IMG/VR virus record: IMGVR_UViG_3300034062_004791
Coordinates: 1-58,867 of that record
DNA from: a virus
Lineage: Duplodnaviria; Caudoviricetes
Reading direction: 5' to 3' (one strand)
Length of the DNA: 58,867 nucleotides
This document shows, piece after piece, positions 37,648 to 48,309 of this stretch. The notes beneath the pieces are model-generated. The model was given only the letters and a program-made list of their open reading frames with translations. It was not told the origin of the DNA and ran no database searches. The number at the start of each line of letters is the position of its first letter. Position 1 is the stretch's first letter. The position numbers were made by a program, and so were the translations under genes.

Positions 37648-37905
37648 TTAGTCATTCCACCCCTCCAGATATTCTGTAAAAAATCCAACTGCTAAACAAA
37701 ATATCCTTTGTTGAATATTCACACTAAAAAGACAACCACCGAAAAAAGAAAACAAGATGTTAAGACCACCAGAAGAATGAATTATACGACCAGGAGTTTC
37801 ATAATTAACCCAGAGTAATGTTTTATTGTTGATGATACCAAACTGCCAGGTGTGATCAGTATCACCATCGTCCCAGATTTTTTTATCGTATTGAAAAAGT
37901 TTCAT
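37648..37905 (-). CDS. Aromatic beta-rich small protein; same family as 39858..40136 and 43583..~43835
   Basis: Shared MKLF.../FG.../FS pattern. Confidence 0.6.
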   Translation of the reverse strand: MKLFQYDKKIWDDGDTDHTWQFGIINNKTLLWVNYETPGRIIHSSGGLNILFSFFGGCLFSVNIQQRIFCLAVGFFTEYLEGWND

Positions 37906-38211
37906 TTCTTTACATTCTCACAAAAGCCAGTTTGTTGTAAAAGTCCAAAAATATGGCCGGTAAAAACAAGTCCACTCATTGTAACTGCTGGTGCCAGAAA
38001 ACACATCAGAAGAATACCGAATGGAACGATGATATAACTGTCAATAAATTCTTTCATCAGTTTGAATTATTAGAACTATAATAAGAAGTAGTCATCAATG
38101 CGATTGCGAGAAACCATCCCCAACCAGCAATACCATTGAGGGCAAGTAGAATTGCTCCAACAGCACAGGCAAGAGAAGTGAGATTAGACGCAAGAAGTAA
38201 TAGTGCGGGTT

Positions 38212-38472
38212 TCATTCTAAAATAAGGCAATAACGACATTGAAAAGCAAAAGTTTCCTTTTGCCATGTTTTCTTTACACCATTTTCTTCCCAAGAATAAA
38301 CAACCTCATACCAAGGGTCAGTAGAACCATACTGATTAAACCCCTCAACAGTAACATAACCTTTAGAACCATCCGCCCGTGCCCAACGAGAACCAATTTT
38401 AATTTCGTTTGGTTTGAAGAAGTGTCCTACTACTGCTGTGTGTCCGTCGATAATTTCAGTTTCGTAATTCAT
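38212..38472 (-). CDS. Hypothetical SH3-like small protein
   Basis: IKIGSRW...VVYSW...FQCRY; promoter at 38494-38553. Confidence 0.7.
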   Translation of the reverse strand: MNYETEIIDGHTAVVGHFFKPNEIKIGSRWARADGSKGYVTVEGFNQYGSTDPWYEVVYSWEENGVKKTWQKETFAFQCRYCLILE

Positions 38473-38703
38473 AAGTCTTCATGTTTACTGAGTCATCATA
38501 CAACAAATGGCACCTGATGACAAGTGCCCTTGTGCCAATTGTTTAGGTGTCACTTGGCTCTCAAGAAAAGAGAACAAAAAAGCAACCCGGTAATTAGTCC
38601 AACAAAACTAATAGGACTAAAAGCACAATAGAAAATTACAATAATTACTGCTGACTGGACTGGTTCACAGACCAAGTAAGATCTTTTAAGGTGATTAAGG
38701 ATT

Positions 38704-39168
38704 TTAACCATAATAAGAAGAAAGCCACCAACCAATTACAGAATCAGGAGTAAGATTAAATTCCTCTAGAAAAGAAACAAGAACTTTATGCGAATCTTCG
38801 GTATCTTGAAAAAATGCTGGTTTTACCTCAACCGGAAATCCTCGCCTATTAGTCAAGGTTTTAGTTGAGATCAAATACATTGGACAATCATCACTACAGT
38901 AATTAATGACTTCAACCGGAATTGGATTATTTCTGGACCACTCACTACTAGCATTCCAGTATTTTGTTATAATGGGAGAGTTGGGGGAAATTCCTGGTTT
39001 GTGATTACCATTTTCGTCATATGGAGACTCCACTGGATTTACAAATCCTTTAACATGCTGCCACCACAATTCAACATCATAATCATATTCGTCGTTACTC
39101 CATGGAAATTCATATTCTTCTTCAAAAAGACAACCATAAGAAAGTTGACCATTAGTCGAGACGCTCAT
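38704..39168 (-). CDS. Conserved phage hypothetical protein
   Basis: Start MSVSTNGQLSYG; ends WWLSSYYG; promoter box at 39233-39253. Confidence 0.75.
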   Translation of the reverse strand: MSVSTNGQLSYGCLFEEEYEFPWSNDEYDYDVELWWQHVKGFVNPVESPYDENGNHKPGISPNSPIITKYWNASSEWSRNNPIPVEVINYCSDDCPMYLISTKTLTNRRGFPVEVKPAFFQDTEDSHKVLVSFLEEFNLTPDSVIGWWLSSYYG

Positions 39169-40150
39169 AAAAATTTCTCCAATTAGGTGTGTTTTAACAA
39201 TAACAAAAATCATCTGGTAATAGTAGACGTTTATGCCAGTTCTAAAACTGACCATCCCTGAATCCGATCAAATAGCCTAAGATTAGACCACACAAAAATG
39301 CAATAAACAAGTAGAGTTCGTGTGAAACGAAATCCACAAATTCCAACCATTCTGCTGTCGTCACTGTTTAATTAGCCAAATGGCATGAATGATTCCAAAA
39401 GTAAACAATGCGCCAATAACACCACTAATCCAGCCAACCCGTATTTCGTGGTGTTTAATCGCCTCATCAATCATTTTTTGAACTTCTCCTCGGTCCATTT
39501 TAGGTTGGTAGAACGGCGATTTGGCTATAAAGATCTTCTTTAAGGATCCCCAGAAGTTCTTCACATTTTTGACGGGTGTAAGAATCCCAAATGGATTTTT
39601 CCATTTGAGTCAGAACACATTCGCAAAGAAGTTCTTTTTGTTCGGTTGTTAGTCTTTCCATGGTGGTAGTCTCTCCATAATTTTTTTAATTCGCTCCATT
39701 GCTTCAGGATCTGGTGGCTCGTTTAGGCGCTTAACTAAGGAATCATAATCCTCGGCAGAAACATAAATGGTTTCTGGTTTTGCTCCAAAGTACTTAAGGC
39801 ATTTGCGTTCATACTGCCAAGATTTGTATTTGAACCAAAGGGAAAGAAAAAAGTTCTTCATAAATCCCTAAAATCTCTTATAAACCCAATGTCCATCGCG
39901 GCCCGATAATGGATAAAAGACATTCTAAGGTAAAACTTCCAGATACTTAAATCAAAGGCAAAAACTGAACTTTTAAAAACAGAAACACTAAGACTTAGAT
40001 TTGGCTCCCAGTCAACCCATTCAGTAGTAAAAGCGGTCCCTTCGATTAGATTAAATTTCTTAAATTGGCCAAAGATGAAATCTATAGTATGGCCAAAATC
40101 ATATTCATAATGACTATCAAACAATTTCAGTCCCACAACTTATTCCCCTT

Positions 40151-40567
40151 TTAGCTCATGGCCTCTAGTTCTTCCTCGGTGTATTGTGGATTTTCTGGTT
40201 CCTTAAGCCTTGAAAGTTCGGCCTTTAGGGAAATAATTTGGTGTTGCAGCCGATCAATTTCTTGTTTTTGTCCTTCTTCAACATCAAACAGTTCATTGAT
40301 ATGATCAGATGTTTCCATAATTTCTGATGCTTGCATAAGAGAATTTACGAGTTCTTCTCCATTACTCTCAATATCAAGGGCAGCATCAAGATGTGCCTTC
40401 ATGATAGAATACTCGGCCAGGCCAAGAGACCTTAAAAAGGAATTAAAAACATGAACATATTCCTTGGCTGATGGATATTCATTTGTAATTTTAAATTCTA
40501 TCGTATGATTGGGAGAATTTAAAACACTGGCCGCAGGAAGCCTGGCCGAAAAGATAATTTCGTTCAT
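40151..40567 (-). CDS. Hypothetical protein
   Basis: 138 aa with coiled-coil C-terminus. Confidence 0.7.
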   Translation of the reverse strand: MNEIIFSARLPAASVLNSPNHTIEFKITNEYPSAKEYVHVFNSFLRSLGLAEYSIMKAHLDAALDIESNGEELVNSLMQASEIMETSDHINELFDVEEGQKQEIDRLQHQIISLKAELSRLKEPENPQYTEEELEAMS

Positions 40568-40752
40568 TCGTTAATCTCCGCACTAATTTCGGCGATTTCG
40601 TTTGCCTTCCGAAGAAGCTCTTTAAGGTGAAGTGTCAGGGCCTCTAGGTCATCGGCTGTTTTGCCCACAAGGGCGTCGTAAATTCTTTCGATTGCGGCGG
40701 AAGTCTGGAGCGTCATGTTCTGGGGCATAATGATATTGCGACTGGTTGTAGT

Positions 40753-41247
40753 TTAGAGGGTAGTGGTGGCTTCTAGTGTGGTTGTTGTGCCAGTTTCAGG
40801 AGTGGGTGCTTTCTTAAGAACATAAGAACCATCGCCATTATTAACCCATTCGATCTCATCACCCTCTTCTAGACCAGCCGTTTCTAAAAGATCATCCGGA
40901 AAAGTGAGGAAATATTCCCCAGAAGGATCGGCCTCTACAGGAAGAACCCAGTTTTTTGTTTTATTCTCGTTGGGGAAATTACTTGTTAGAAAGTCATTTG
41001 CCAAATAGTCGATTTCTTCTTTTTGTTTAACAATTACCTCATCCCAGGCGACCTTAAATTTATCATCAAACTCTTTAATGAACATCTGAAGAAAATCATC
41101 CGCAGCATACATCAATGTTTCGATCTTTGAGCTATCTCCATATGGAAGTTTTTCGATAGCACAATCTAAAATTTCCCTGGCTGAACAAATTTTGGAAACT
41201 ACCATTTCAAGATCATTCATGGCGTCCCAACTCTTTTGATAATCCAT
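40753..41247 (-). CDS. Helical domain fused to an AbrB/SpoVT-like DNA-binding domain
   Basis: GEYFLTFPDDLLETAGLEEGDEIEW...DGSYVLKK. Confidence 0.75.
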   Translation of the reverse strand: MDYQKSWDAMNDLEMVVSKICSAREILDCAIEKLPYGDSSKIETLMYAADDFLQMFIKEFDDKFKVAWDEVIVKQKEEIDYLANDFLTSNFPNENKTKNWVLPVEADPSGEYFLTFPDDLLETAGLEEGDEIEWVNNGDGSYVLKKAPTPETGTTTTLEATTTL

Positions 41248-41726
41248 TAGAAATCTTCTCCTAGAGTGTGAATAACGGGCGTTTCTTGAGTCAGAATTTT
41301 ATAAAGATCCTTGTTTTGTGATGCAGAAACCGGAACAAATTCTGTTTCGGGATTAAAATATTCGTCTCTGATTGCCTGATTAATCACAATAGAACCCTCA
41401 TCATAAGACCAGGACCTATGAAAAGTTTCTTTTGGAATCACAAGGGCACCTGAAGACCGGTTGAGATGAACAATATGGTAGGGATATCGCCAGGATAAAT
41501 TGACCAGTTCAAAAGTCCTCTTTCCTGAAAGAACTCGATTGTTGTCGATTTGATGATAATGAATGTAAAACTGTTTGGCCCCTACCTTATCGTCTGGTGG
41601 AGAAATGGCAGGGCCATTGTGAACAACAAGATCCTGGGCATTGGATCCTTCTACTGAAATATCATAAAAAATGACAGAATCTGTCTCTCGGAAAACCTTA
41701 TGTTTTTTGAAAGTAATTTCGCTCAT
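41247..41726 (-). CDS. Cupin-fold protein of cyanobacterial type
   Basis: FYIHYHQIDNNRVLSGKRTFEL...LVIPKETFHRS His motifs. Confidence 0.75.
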   Translation of the reverse strand: MSEITFKKHKVFRETDSVIFYDISVEGSNAQDLVVHNGPAISPPDDKVGAKQFYIHYHQIDNNRVLSGKRTFELVNLSWRYPYHIVHLNRSSGALVIPKETFHRSWSYDEGSIVINQAIRDEYFNPETEFVPVSASQNKDLYKILTQETPVIHTLGEDF

Positions 41727-42001
41727 CGGGGAAAATAGTAGTTTTGGTATTTATTAATCGAATCGTTGAGACCAAGTAACCCCGAAAGACTCTTGTAATT
41801 GCTGAATTTCTTCAAAATATATTTTAAGTTCACTATCATCAGGAAGTTCCGCCCACCCACTAGGACAAAGCATAAGTAAACTATCTATCGCGGTGATCAA
41901 GGTATTATTGATAATCTCATGTTCTCTACAAGTTAGAGTAACTTGTATGCTACTGGTGTCCATGTTGTAATCAGAATCCATCATGTTTTTGTTCTCCATA
42001 A

Positions 42002-42421
42002 TTAGGGGGTAATCCAATCATAGGAATCGCAAGTTTCAACACTCTCATTGCCATCATATTCATCAATACGATAGGGTCCATAAACTTCATCAATAGCAAG
42101 ACTAGCACACATTCCGCTTGCTTTTTCACCAAGTTCTTCTACAACCTGAACAAGGATTGGATCATGGCGACAAACATTACGATTATACCAAGTTTGTTTG
42201 GAATACTTTTCGTTATATTCACGACGTTGATCCATGGTCATAGAATACCAGTCTCCTTTTTTAACACGTTCTTCAGGTGGAACCAACCAAACAGTGAACA
42301 TACCACTGAAATCACCATCTTTAATCCAGACTTCCTTACCTTGAAGTTCCCAATATCGCTTGCAAGCCTCTTTTGAGAGACTAAAGCCTCCGTAACAATT
42401 GTTGTAAACTACTTTTGTCAT
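42002..42421 (-). CDS. Conserved phage hypothetical protein
   Basis: KVVYNNCYGGFSLS...RHDPILVQVVEELG...IDEYDGNESV. Confidence 0.85.
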   Translation of the reverse strand: MTKVVYNNCYGGFSLSKEACKRYWELQGKEVWIKDGDFSGMFTVWLVPPEERVKKGDWYSMTMDQRREYNEKYSKQTWYNRNVCRHDPILVQVVEELGEKASGMCASLAIDEVYGPYRIDEYDGNESVETCDSYDWITP

Positions 42422-42499
42422 TTAAAAAATTCTCCTTTGTTTGAACAGATAAACAATAACTGATTTTTGATTCTGGTTTTATGGTCGTGTGACAGTTTG

Positions 42500-43303
42500 T
42501 TAATCGTCTACTTCAATCTCAAAATTTGGATCGAAATCTGGATTTAGCCCAGAACTATTATAAGAATTATAATAGCCCCTTGGATTACATATAACCCGAC
42601 AACCCCCAATCATGTAATCAAAACTATCATGCATATGACCATGAGAAAAATACTTAATCTGCGGATTATTCAAAATCAAATCATCTAAATTACTGGCAAA
42701 TGCCCCGTTCATGGTCTCGGCCCGGTATTTCGGATGAATCGACTGATAAGACGGCGCATGGTGAGTGCAGATCCAGATTTTTTCGTCCTTAAACTCTTCT
42801 AATTTCTCAATCAAGAATTGTTTAGATTGTTTATGGAACCCAAGAGTATCTTCTGGTCGTAATTTCCTATAATTATTTCCAATTCTTATGCTTGTATAAT
42901 CTCGCATATACCTCTGGGCCTCCATCATTTCTAATGGGTTCTCATTAAAAAAGTCTGTCCAGAGCGTGCAACAAAGGAAGGTCCAACTTTTGATTTTTAT
43001 GTACTCATTTTCAAGTAAGTGGATATTATCTGGGAGATTTTCTTTTATGAGATCATGAGTTGACTCAAAATTGTACCCCCAAAATTCGTGGTTTCCTTTT
43101 ATGTAAATAACATGCTCAAAATTATCAGAACATTTTTGAAGAAAATCTTTATAGACTTTTTTAAGGGGGCCATCAGTCTTAAAGTGGCGAGCACATAAGA
43201 TGTCACCACCTAAAATCAAGATTTCACCTGATTTTAAGTCAGGAACCCCGTGGCCCTGATCACAAAATTCAAGGTGAGCGTCCGAGACACATTTCACTCG
43301 CAT
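42500..43303 (-). CDS. Calcineurin-like metallophosphoesterase
   Basis: SDAHLE, GGDI, GNHE, THHAP, HGHMH and NPRGY motifs. Confidence 0.92.
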   Translation of the reverse strand: MRVKCVSDAHLEFCDQGHGVPDLKSGEILILGGDILCARHFKTDGPLKKVYKDFLQKCSDNFEHVIYIKGNHEFWGYNFESTHDLIKENLPDNIHLLENEYIKIKSWTFLCCTLWTDFFNENPLEMMEAQRYMRDYTSIRIGNNYRKLRPEDTLGFHKQSKQFLIEKLEEFKDEKIWICTHHAPSYQSIHPKYRAETMNGAFASNLDDLILNNPQIKYFSHGHMHDSFDYMIGGCRVICNPRGYYNSYNSSGLNPDFDPNFEIEVDD

Positions 43304-43808
43304 GGTATTTTAATCTGGGTAAATGGAATAATAAGGGTGTCAGCATAAGTGACTGGTGAATTCTCCGTGGTCTTATGAGTGGCGATCCAGGAATTCAAGA
43401 ACATAATAGCACACTCGCGCCTGTATGCAAAGGCCTGTTTGCGTTTGTCAAAATACTCCTGGGATTTAAAAAGAAAAGTCTCTGCATCCTGGAGAAGAGA
43501 ATATTCCGTTTGATTCACAAACGACAAATATTCTTGTTTGTTTTCTTCAGACGGGTCTTCTACTACTTTTTTTATAAGTTCGTCAATCATACTCAAAAAT
43601 CTTAGTCAATAAATTAAATTCAAAAGTAATTCTAAAAACACTAACAACAAGAGAAAAAACCTGATTAAGACCACAATCAATTCGGATCCATGGCCAGCCA
43701 CCATATTCGTCTAAAGAGAAACTGAACTCGGCCAGGGCGAATTTGTTTTTGACAGGCAAGACAGTAAAAATAACCATCTTGCCACCATATTTCTCGGTGT
43801 ATGTAAAC

Positions 43809-45395
43809 TTAAGCGGCCAGCTCATTGGTTCTAATCTCAAGGGCCTTTTTGAATGCCTTAGAAAACTCTTCTTGTTCTGCATAATTTAGACTGGTATTAC
43901 ATTGCTTTTTAATTTGAATAACCTTAAAGTTTTCTTCTTCCAACTTGGCCTGAATAGTCAGGTATGGAGCATTTTCTTTAAGGGCCAAGATAATAAAATG
44001 ATTCTTCTTTAGAATACCATCTGAATAAGTAGAACTACCTACGCAGTTTCTGGCAACCCGGCCATAATGTGAAAGTTGATAAGTCGATTGGGGCTGAAGG
44101 AAAGTTAGGCCATCAACCTTAACGGGAGACGGAAAAAGATCCTGGGGAAGATCTACATTTTTGTGGTTACATTTCCACTGTTCGGCCATAATCCAATCAT
44201 GAAATTCTGCTGCCCTCCAGCGTCCGGAGTATTTCAATTCCATATCTGGTTTGTAATAAAAAACATCCCCAATCATGCTAATTGTGTCTTTAACCACAAT
44301 AGGCGAATTAATAAACATATTCACAAAAGACTTTACCGGGACATTTTCTTGGACCCAAATCATTTGGGGCTGTCGAAAGGTATAGCCAGAATAAAAAATA
44401 GAACTCTGACGAAAATCATGATCCATCGACCAGATCTGTTGAAGATAGTCCAGAGACATTTTTTCTCCATAAAGATTAATCAAGACATTCAAGACATTTA
44501 GTCTATTGACAATTGATGCATGTTTATGAGAAATAAGATGCTCATAGTCTCTGTTAGATTTCCATTCTGGTGGATTATTAAAAGTATCAATAATCCAAAG
44601 AATATCTTGATTGATTACCTTTTTAAAGAAAGGAGTATTGATAGCCTCTTTGAGTTCTCTGGAATGATACCTACTAATATTCAAATAATAATCAATATCT
44701 GGAACCCAGTGGAAATCATTTTCTTGTGTCCAATTAGACAAAACCACCGCCAAGGACCGATTATATGAATAGAACATATTATACATATTAGATTCTATCT
44801 TAATATGTTTTTGAAGTTTACTGATAAAACCATCCCTGGCAGCCTGTTCCGGTCCAGGCTGATTATACGTATTACCAAAGGGTGTCACCATCTGATAGGT
44901 GTGATTCTTTAGATCCTCTGGAGTCACACTACGGAAAAGATAAAGATATTCTTTTTTATTATGGAACCGAGAAGTAAAATCTTCTTCTTTTACATTAAAA
45001 GTTTTAAAATAATAACCATCCCTATACGTCTTAAGAGACTTAAGATTTCTTACACACAAGGAATAATTAAATACAACCTCCTCACTATTATCAAACCAAA
45101 TCGCATACCAGAAGCGGTTACCGATTTTTGTTACAATAATGGTATTTTCTCCTGATACAGTAGCAGAAGTTGCATAGTGATTATAATAGGGATCGGTATG
45201 CCTGTTTAGTGTCTCAATAATATTCTTGAGCCGTTCTTTAGGTAGGATATTTTCTGGAACCAGATTTTCTGGAATTCCGGCCTTTGGGAAAGTTGGTTTG
45301 GTGCTTGCTGGCTTTTTAGGGGCCACTGGTTTTTTTACATCATAATCCTCTACTTTTACATAAAGAGGCTTGGGGATAGTAAAATTCAACATCAA
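43809..45395 (-). CDS. PcfJ-like domain protein
   Basis: C-terminal FHD...LSHYGRVARNCVGSSTY...PYLTIQ pattern. Confidence 0.7.
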   Translation of the reverse strand: MMLNFTIPKPLYVKVEDYDVKKPVAPKKPASTKPTFPKAGIPENLVPENILPKERLKNIIETLNRHTDPYYNHYATSATVSGENTIIVTKIGNRFWYAIWFDNSEEVVFNYSLCVRNLKSLKTYRDGYYFKTFNVKEEDFTSRFHNKKEYLYLFRSVTPEDLKNHTYQMVTPFGNTYNQPGPEQAARDGFISKLQKHIKIESNMYNMFYSYNRSLAVVLSNWTQENDFHWVPDIDYYLNISRYHSRELKEAINTPFFKKVINQDILWIIDTFNNPPEWKSNRDYEHLISHKHASIVNRLNVLNVLINLYGEKMSLDYLQQIWSMDHDFRQSSIFYSGYTFRQPQMIWVQENVPVKSFVNMFINSPIVVKDTISMIGDVFYYKPDMELKYSGRWRAAEFHDWIMAEQWKCNHKNVDLPQDLFPSPVKVDGLTFLQPQSTYQLSHYGRVARNCVGSSTYSDGILKKNHFIILALKENAPYLTIQAKLEEENFKVIQIKKQCNTSLNYAEQEEFSKAFKKALEIRTNELAA

Positions 45396-46763
45396 AATTC
45401 CTCCACAACTTTATTGGTTTCGTTATCAATTACATAAGAACTGCCAAAATGGACCGCCATTGACATGGCAATATCAATGGCCTCTTCTAGGCTATCACAT
45501 TCTTGAAATTCAGTATTGGAGTGTGCAGAGTAGCGTTTCATTGGGTTTGGTTGACTGACAATAGAATAGCCCACCTCAGCAATTGAGATGGGCCAAGATG
45601 GACAGTTTTTAAACCGTCACTCAGTAAACTCTAGGTCAGAAACTTCTTCTTCCACTGCATCAGAGCAGAGAGACGAAACCTTATCGAGTAGGTCAAGGAT
45701 TTGACTACCGGTTTTACCGGATCGAACAATTGCCAGGGCTTCTTCGCGTGACATAATATACTCCATTATAATTTGGTTTACAGGGTTTTTAGAAGTTGTT
45801 GAACTTCCGGGGATAATTCTTCTTCAACCGGAGACGAAAAAACTCCGGTCTCTAGAAGATTGTCGATGAGAGTCTGGGATAGCTTCTCATCAGACGGTTC
45901 TAGTCTAACGTACTTTTCCTTACTTGGCATAATCAGTGGACAGTTCTTCAATTGGCATAATCATCGAATTCGGGATAGTCCTCTTCATTTTCTTCTTCCT
46001 CTTTCATGAGGTACTCAAAAAGCTCTTTTTCTTCGGTTTTTTCAGCGATTAACGTTTCCATAAAACCCCCTTTGGATGAATTGCCATTTTAAAAGTTCCA
46101 GAGCATCTTCAAAATGAAGAAACTCTGGATTAGTAATATTTAGATCACAAGATCTAATAAAACCCATGTGATCACAAAGACTTTTTAGATATTCTTCTAA
46201 ATCGTCAATAGATTGCAGATTTCGCCTGTTGGCGAGAATCGTAAGGTCCGTACTCATCGTAATCTCCATCGTTGTATTCGACTATTGCATAATAACCATC
46301 CTCCTTACAAATAATATCTACATCAGTAATGTAAATCGTTTGTTGTTCTAGAGTTTGCATGGGGTTCCTCCTAAGACGGAATAATTTTTACATCGAATGC
46401 GTTTAGATTTTGTTTGACATGTTCTTCCCATTGAAAAGAATCCTCGATTTTTAGGAAAGTGGCCTTTTGTTCTTTTTTATGTTTGGGAAGTTTGTAGGTA
46501 ACGGTAAATCTCATGGGATCGATTCTTGATAGTCTTCTACTGATTCAAGGAGGTCTTTTAGTTTTTTATAAATGACCGAATCGGTTCCAAGATCAAAATC
46601 GGCGTCCATCATAATGTCCTCAATTTGAGAAGTGATGTCAAGAAGAAATTTTTGTTGCTCGTTCAAGTTTGTTTAGGTCCTCCAATGTGGATGTTTGTAT
46701 TATATAGGGTGGGTGATCAGGATTTTTTATGAGTGTGCCAGTTTGGGGAGTGGCTCAAAGCGG

Positions 46764-46979
46764 TTATGGTGCCTTTCCGAGTTTTTCAGAAAGTTTTATG
46801 TAGTTATAAAGTTCTTTACACTCATTAGGCTTTTCCATACAAGAAACAGTTGTCTCATTTTTTGCTTCTTTTTTTCCATGAAAATGGCCCATATTATAAA
46901 ACATCACAGGAAACCCAATTAAAACAAGAAAAAGACTAAGAGATGCAAGTAATGCTTCAAAAAACTCGTCAGTAGTCAC
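46764..46979 (-). CDS. Small membrane protein (CxEKPxxCK family)
   Basis: TM helix, then TTVSCMEKPNECKELYNYIK. Confidence 0.7.
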   Translation of the reverse strand: MTTDEFFEALLASLSLFLVLIGFPVMFYNMGHFHGKKEAKNETTVSCMEKPNECKELYNYIKLSEKLGKAP

Positions 46980-47158
46980 TTATTATCTCCCATTTTTAAA
47001 TAATCATAAATGATTTTACATTGAGCCGGTTTCTCAATACACATAACAACGGTTCTTCGTTCTCCAAGAGTATAGGTGACATTAGAAATTGCAATCATAA
47101 ACATTATAGCAAGAACAAAATTTCTAAGTGATTTACTCGTTTCTGATTCGTTTTTCAT
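46976..47158 (-). CDS. Tandem paralog of 46764..46979
   Basis: TM helix, then TVVMCIEKPAQCKIIYDYLK. Confidence 0.7.
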   Translation of the reverse strand: MKNESETSKSLRNFVLAIMFMIAISNVTYTLGERRTVVMCIEKPAQCKIIYDYLKMGDNK

Positions 47159-47505
47159 TTGCTATCTCCAATAAGTCCTAGCTGTTCTTTTTCTTCCTTA
47201 CTCAAAGAAGAAAGTTCTTTCTTTAGTTTTTCAAGTTTTTGGGTCTTTACTTTTGCTTTGTTTTCTTTTTCTTTCGCTAGTTGTTTCATTCTTTTTTCAT
47301 ATTCTTTATCATTTTCCTCTCGGTGTTTATAAAGATAATATACAGTGTATTTTTCTCCACCATAAACCCAATCATAATCACTCTCAAGCCCCTCCCAACC
47401 AGCGTCCAAATCAGCCTGAAGTGAATAAATGATACTCTGAAGAGAACCCTCAAAGCCCCCATGATACTGTTTGGTTTCTCTTACTTGAATTCGTTTGATA
47501 GTCAT
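47155..47505 (-). CDS. Hypothetical protein
   Basis: Charged helical C-terminus. Confidence 0.75.
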   Translation of the reverse strand: MTIKRIQVRETKQYHGGFEGSLQSIIYSLQADLDAGWEGLESDYDWVYGGEKYTVYYLYKHREENDKEYEKRMKQLAKEKENKAKVKTQKLEKLKKELSSLSKEEKEQLGLIGDSK

Positions 47506-47738
47506 TTGCTATCTCCACGTTGAGGAATTGGCCCGCAAATTTTGTCCATCTGGGCGATTTCTACTGACTTGCGGCACTCAAGAACTGTTTTGAGATTTTG
47601 TTGAAACTGACTGTTTTCTTGATGTGAAAAATAAAAAGGAGAGCCAATAAGCAGAAACAACCCCAAGTAAAGCGGACTAAAGATCAAAATACTCGCAATA
47701 ATCGCAATAGATTGCGGATCCTTAAAAAAACGTTTCAT
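47502..47738 (-). CDS. Small membrane-anchored protein with Cys pair
   Basis: TM helix, then VLECRKS...ICGPIP. Confidence 0.7.
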   Translation of the reverse strand: MKRFFKDPQSIAIIASILIFSPLYLGLFLLIGSPFYFSHQENSQFQQNLKTVLECRKSVEIAQMDKICGPIPQRGDSK

Positions 47739-47823
47739 AGTTTAAAAAGTTGGATAATGTTGTAGATGGTTGCTACAGTAAGAAATACTGAAATGAATAC
47801 AAGTGGTAAATAAAGAAAGAATT

Positions 47824-48309
47824 TCATAGATAAACGTACTCCCTCCATTCATCAACATTAGATTTTTTCAAAATAATCTCCAATTTACTTTTAGGTTTGT
47901 AGTTGGTTCGGTAAGGAAACTTACCCCATTCTTCTGGGGTCCGATTACCCTTTTCTTCATTACAACTTCGACATGCTGGCACTAGATTATCGAAAGTGTG
48001 AAGCCCTCCGCGAGACAAAGGAATTACGTGATCGATTGTTAAATCATCATAAATTCCACAATAAGCGCACTGATAATTACCAAATTTCTTAACAAGATTT
48101 TTGGTTGGCCTCACACTCAAGAGTTTTTCAAATGGAATCCTTACATAATTTTTCAGGCAAATGACTCGTTTAGAAATAAACTTGACTCTTTCTTTCAATA
48201 AAAGAACAACGGCTCTTCGCCATTTTATAATGGAAATCGGGTTGTAATCGGCGTTTAAAAGTAACACATCTCGGTAAGGTTCTAGGTCCTTGTAGCTCAT
48301 AAAGATCAA
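47824..48309 (-). CDS. HNH endonuclease (McrA-like, cyanobacterial type)
   Basis: VLLLNADYNP, CAYCG and LTIDHVIPLSRGG..NLVPACRSCNEEKG. Confidence 0.9.
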   Translation of the reverse strand: MIFMSYKDLEPYRDVLLLNADYNPISIIKWRRAVVLLLKERVKFISKRVICLKNYVRIPFEKLLSVRPTKNLVKKFGNYQCAYCGIYDDLTIDHVIPLSRGGLHTFDNLVPACRSCNEEKGNRTPEEWGKFPYRTNYKPKSKLEIILKKSNVDEWREYVYL

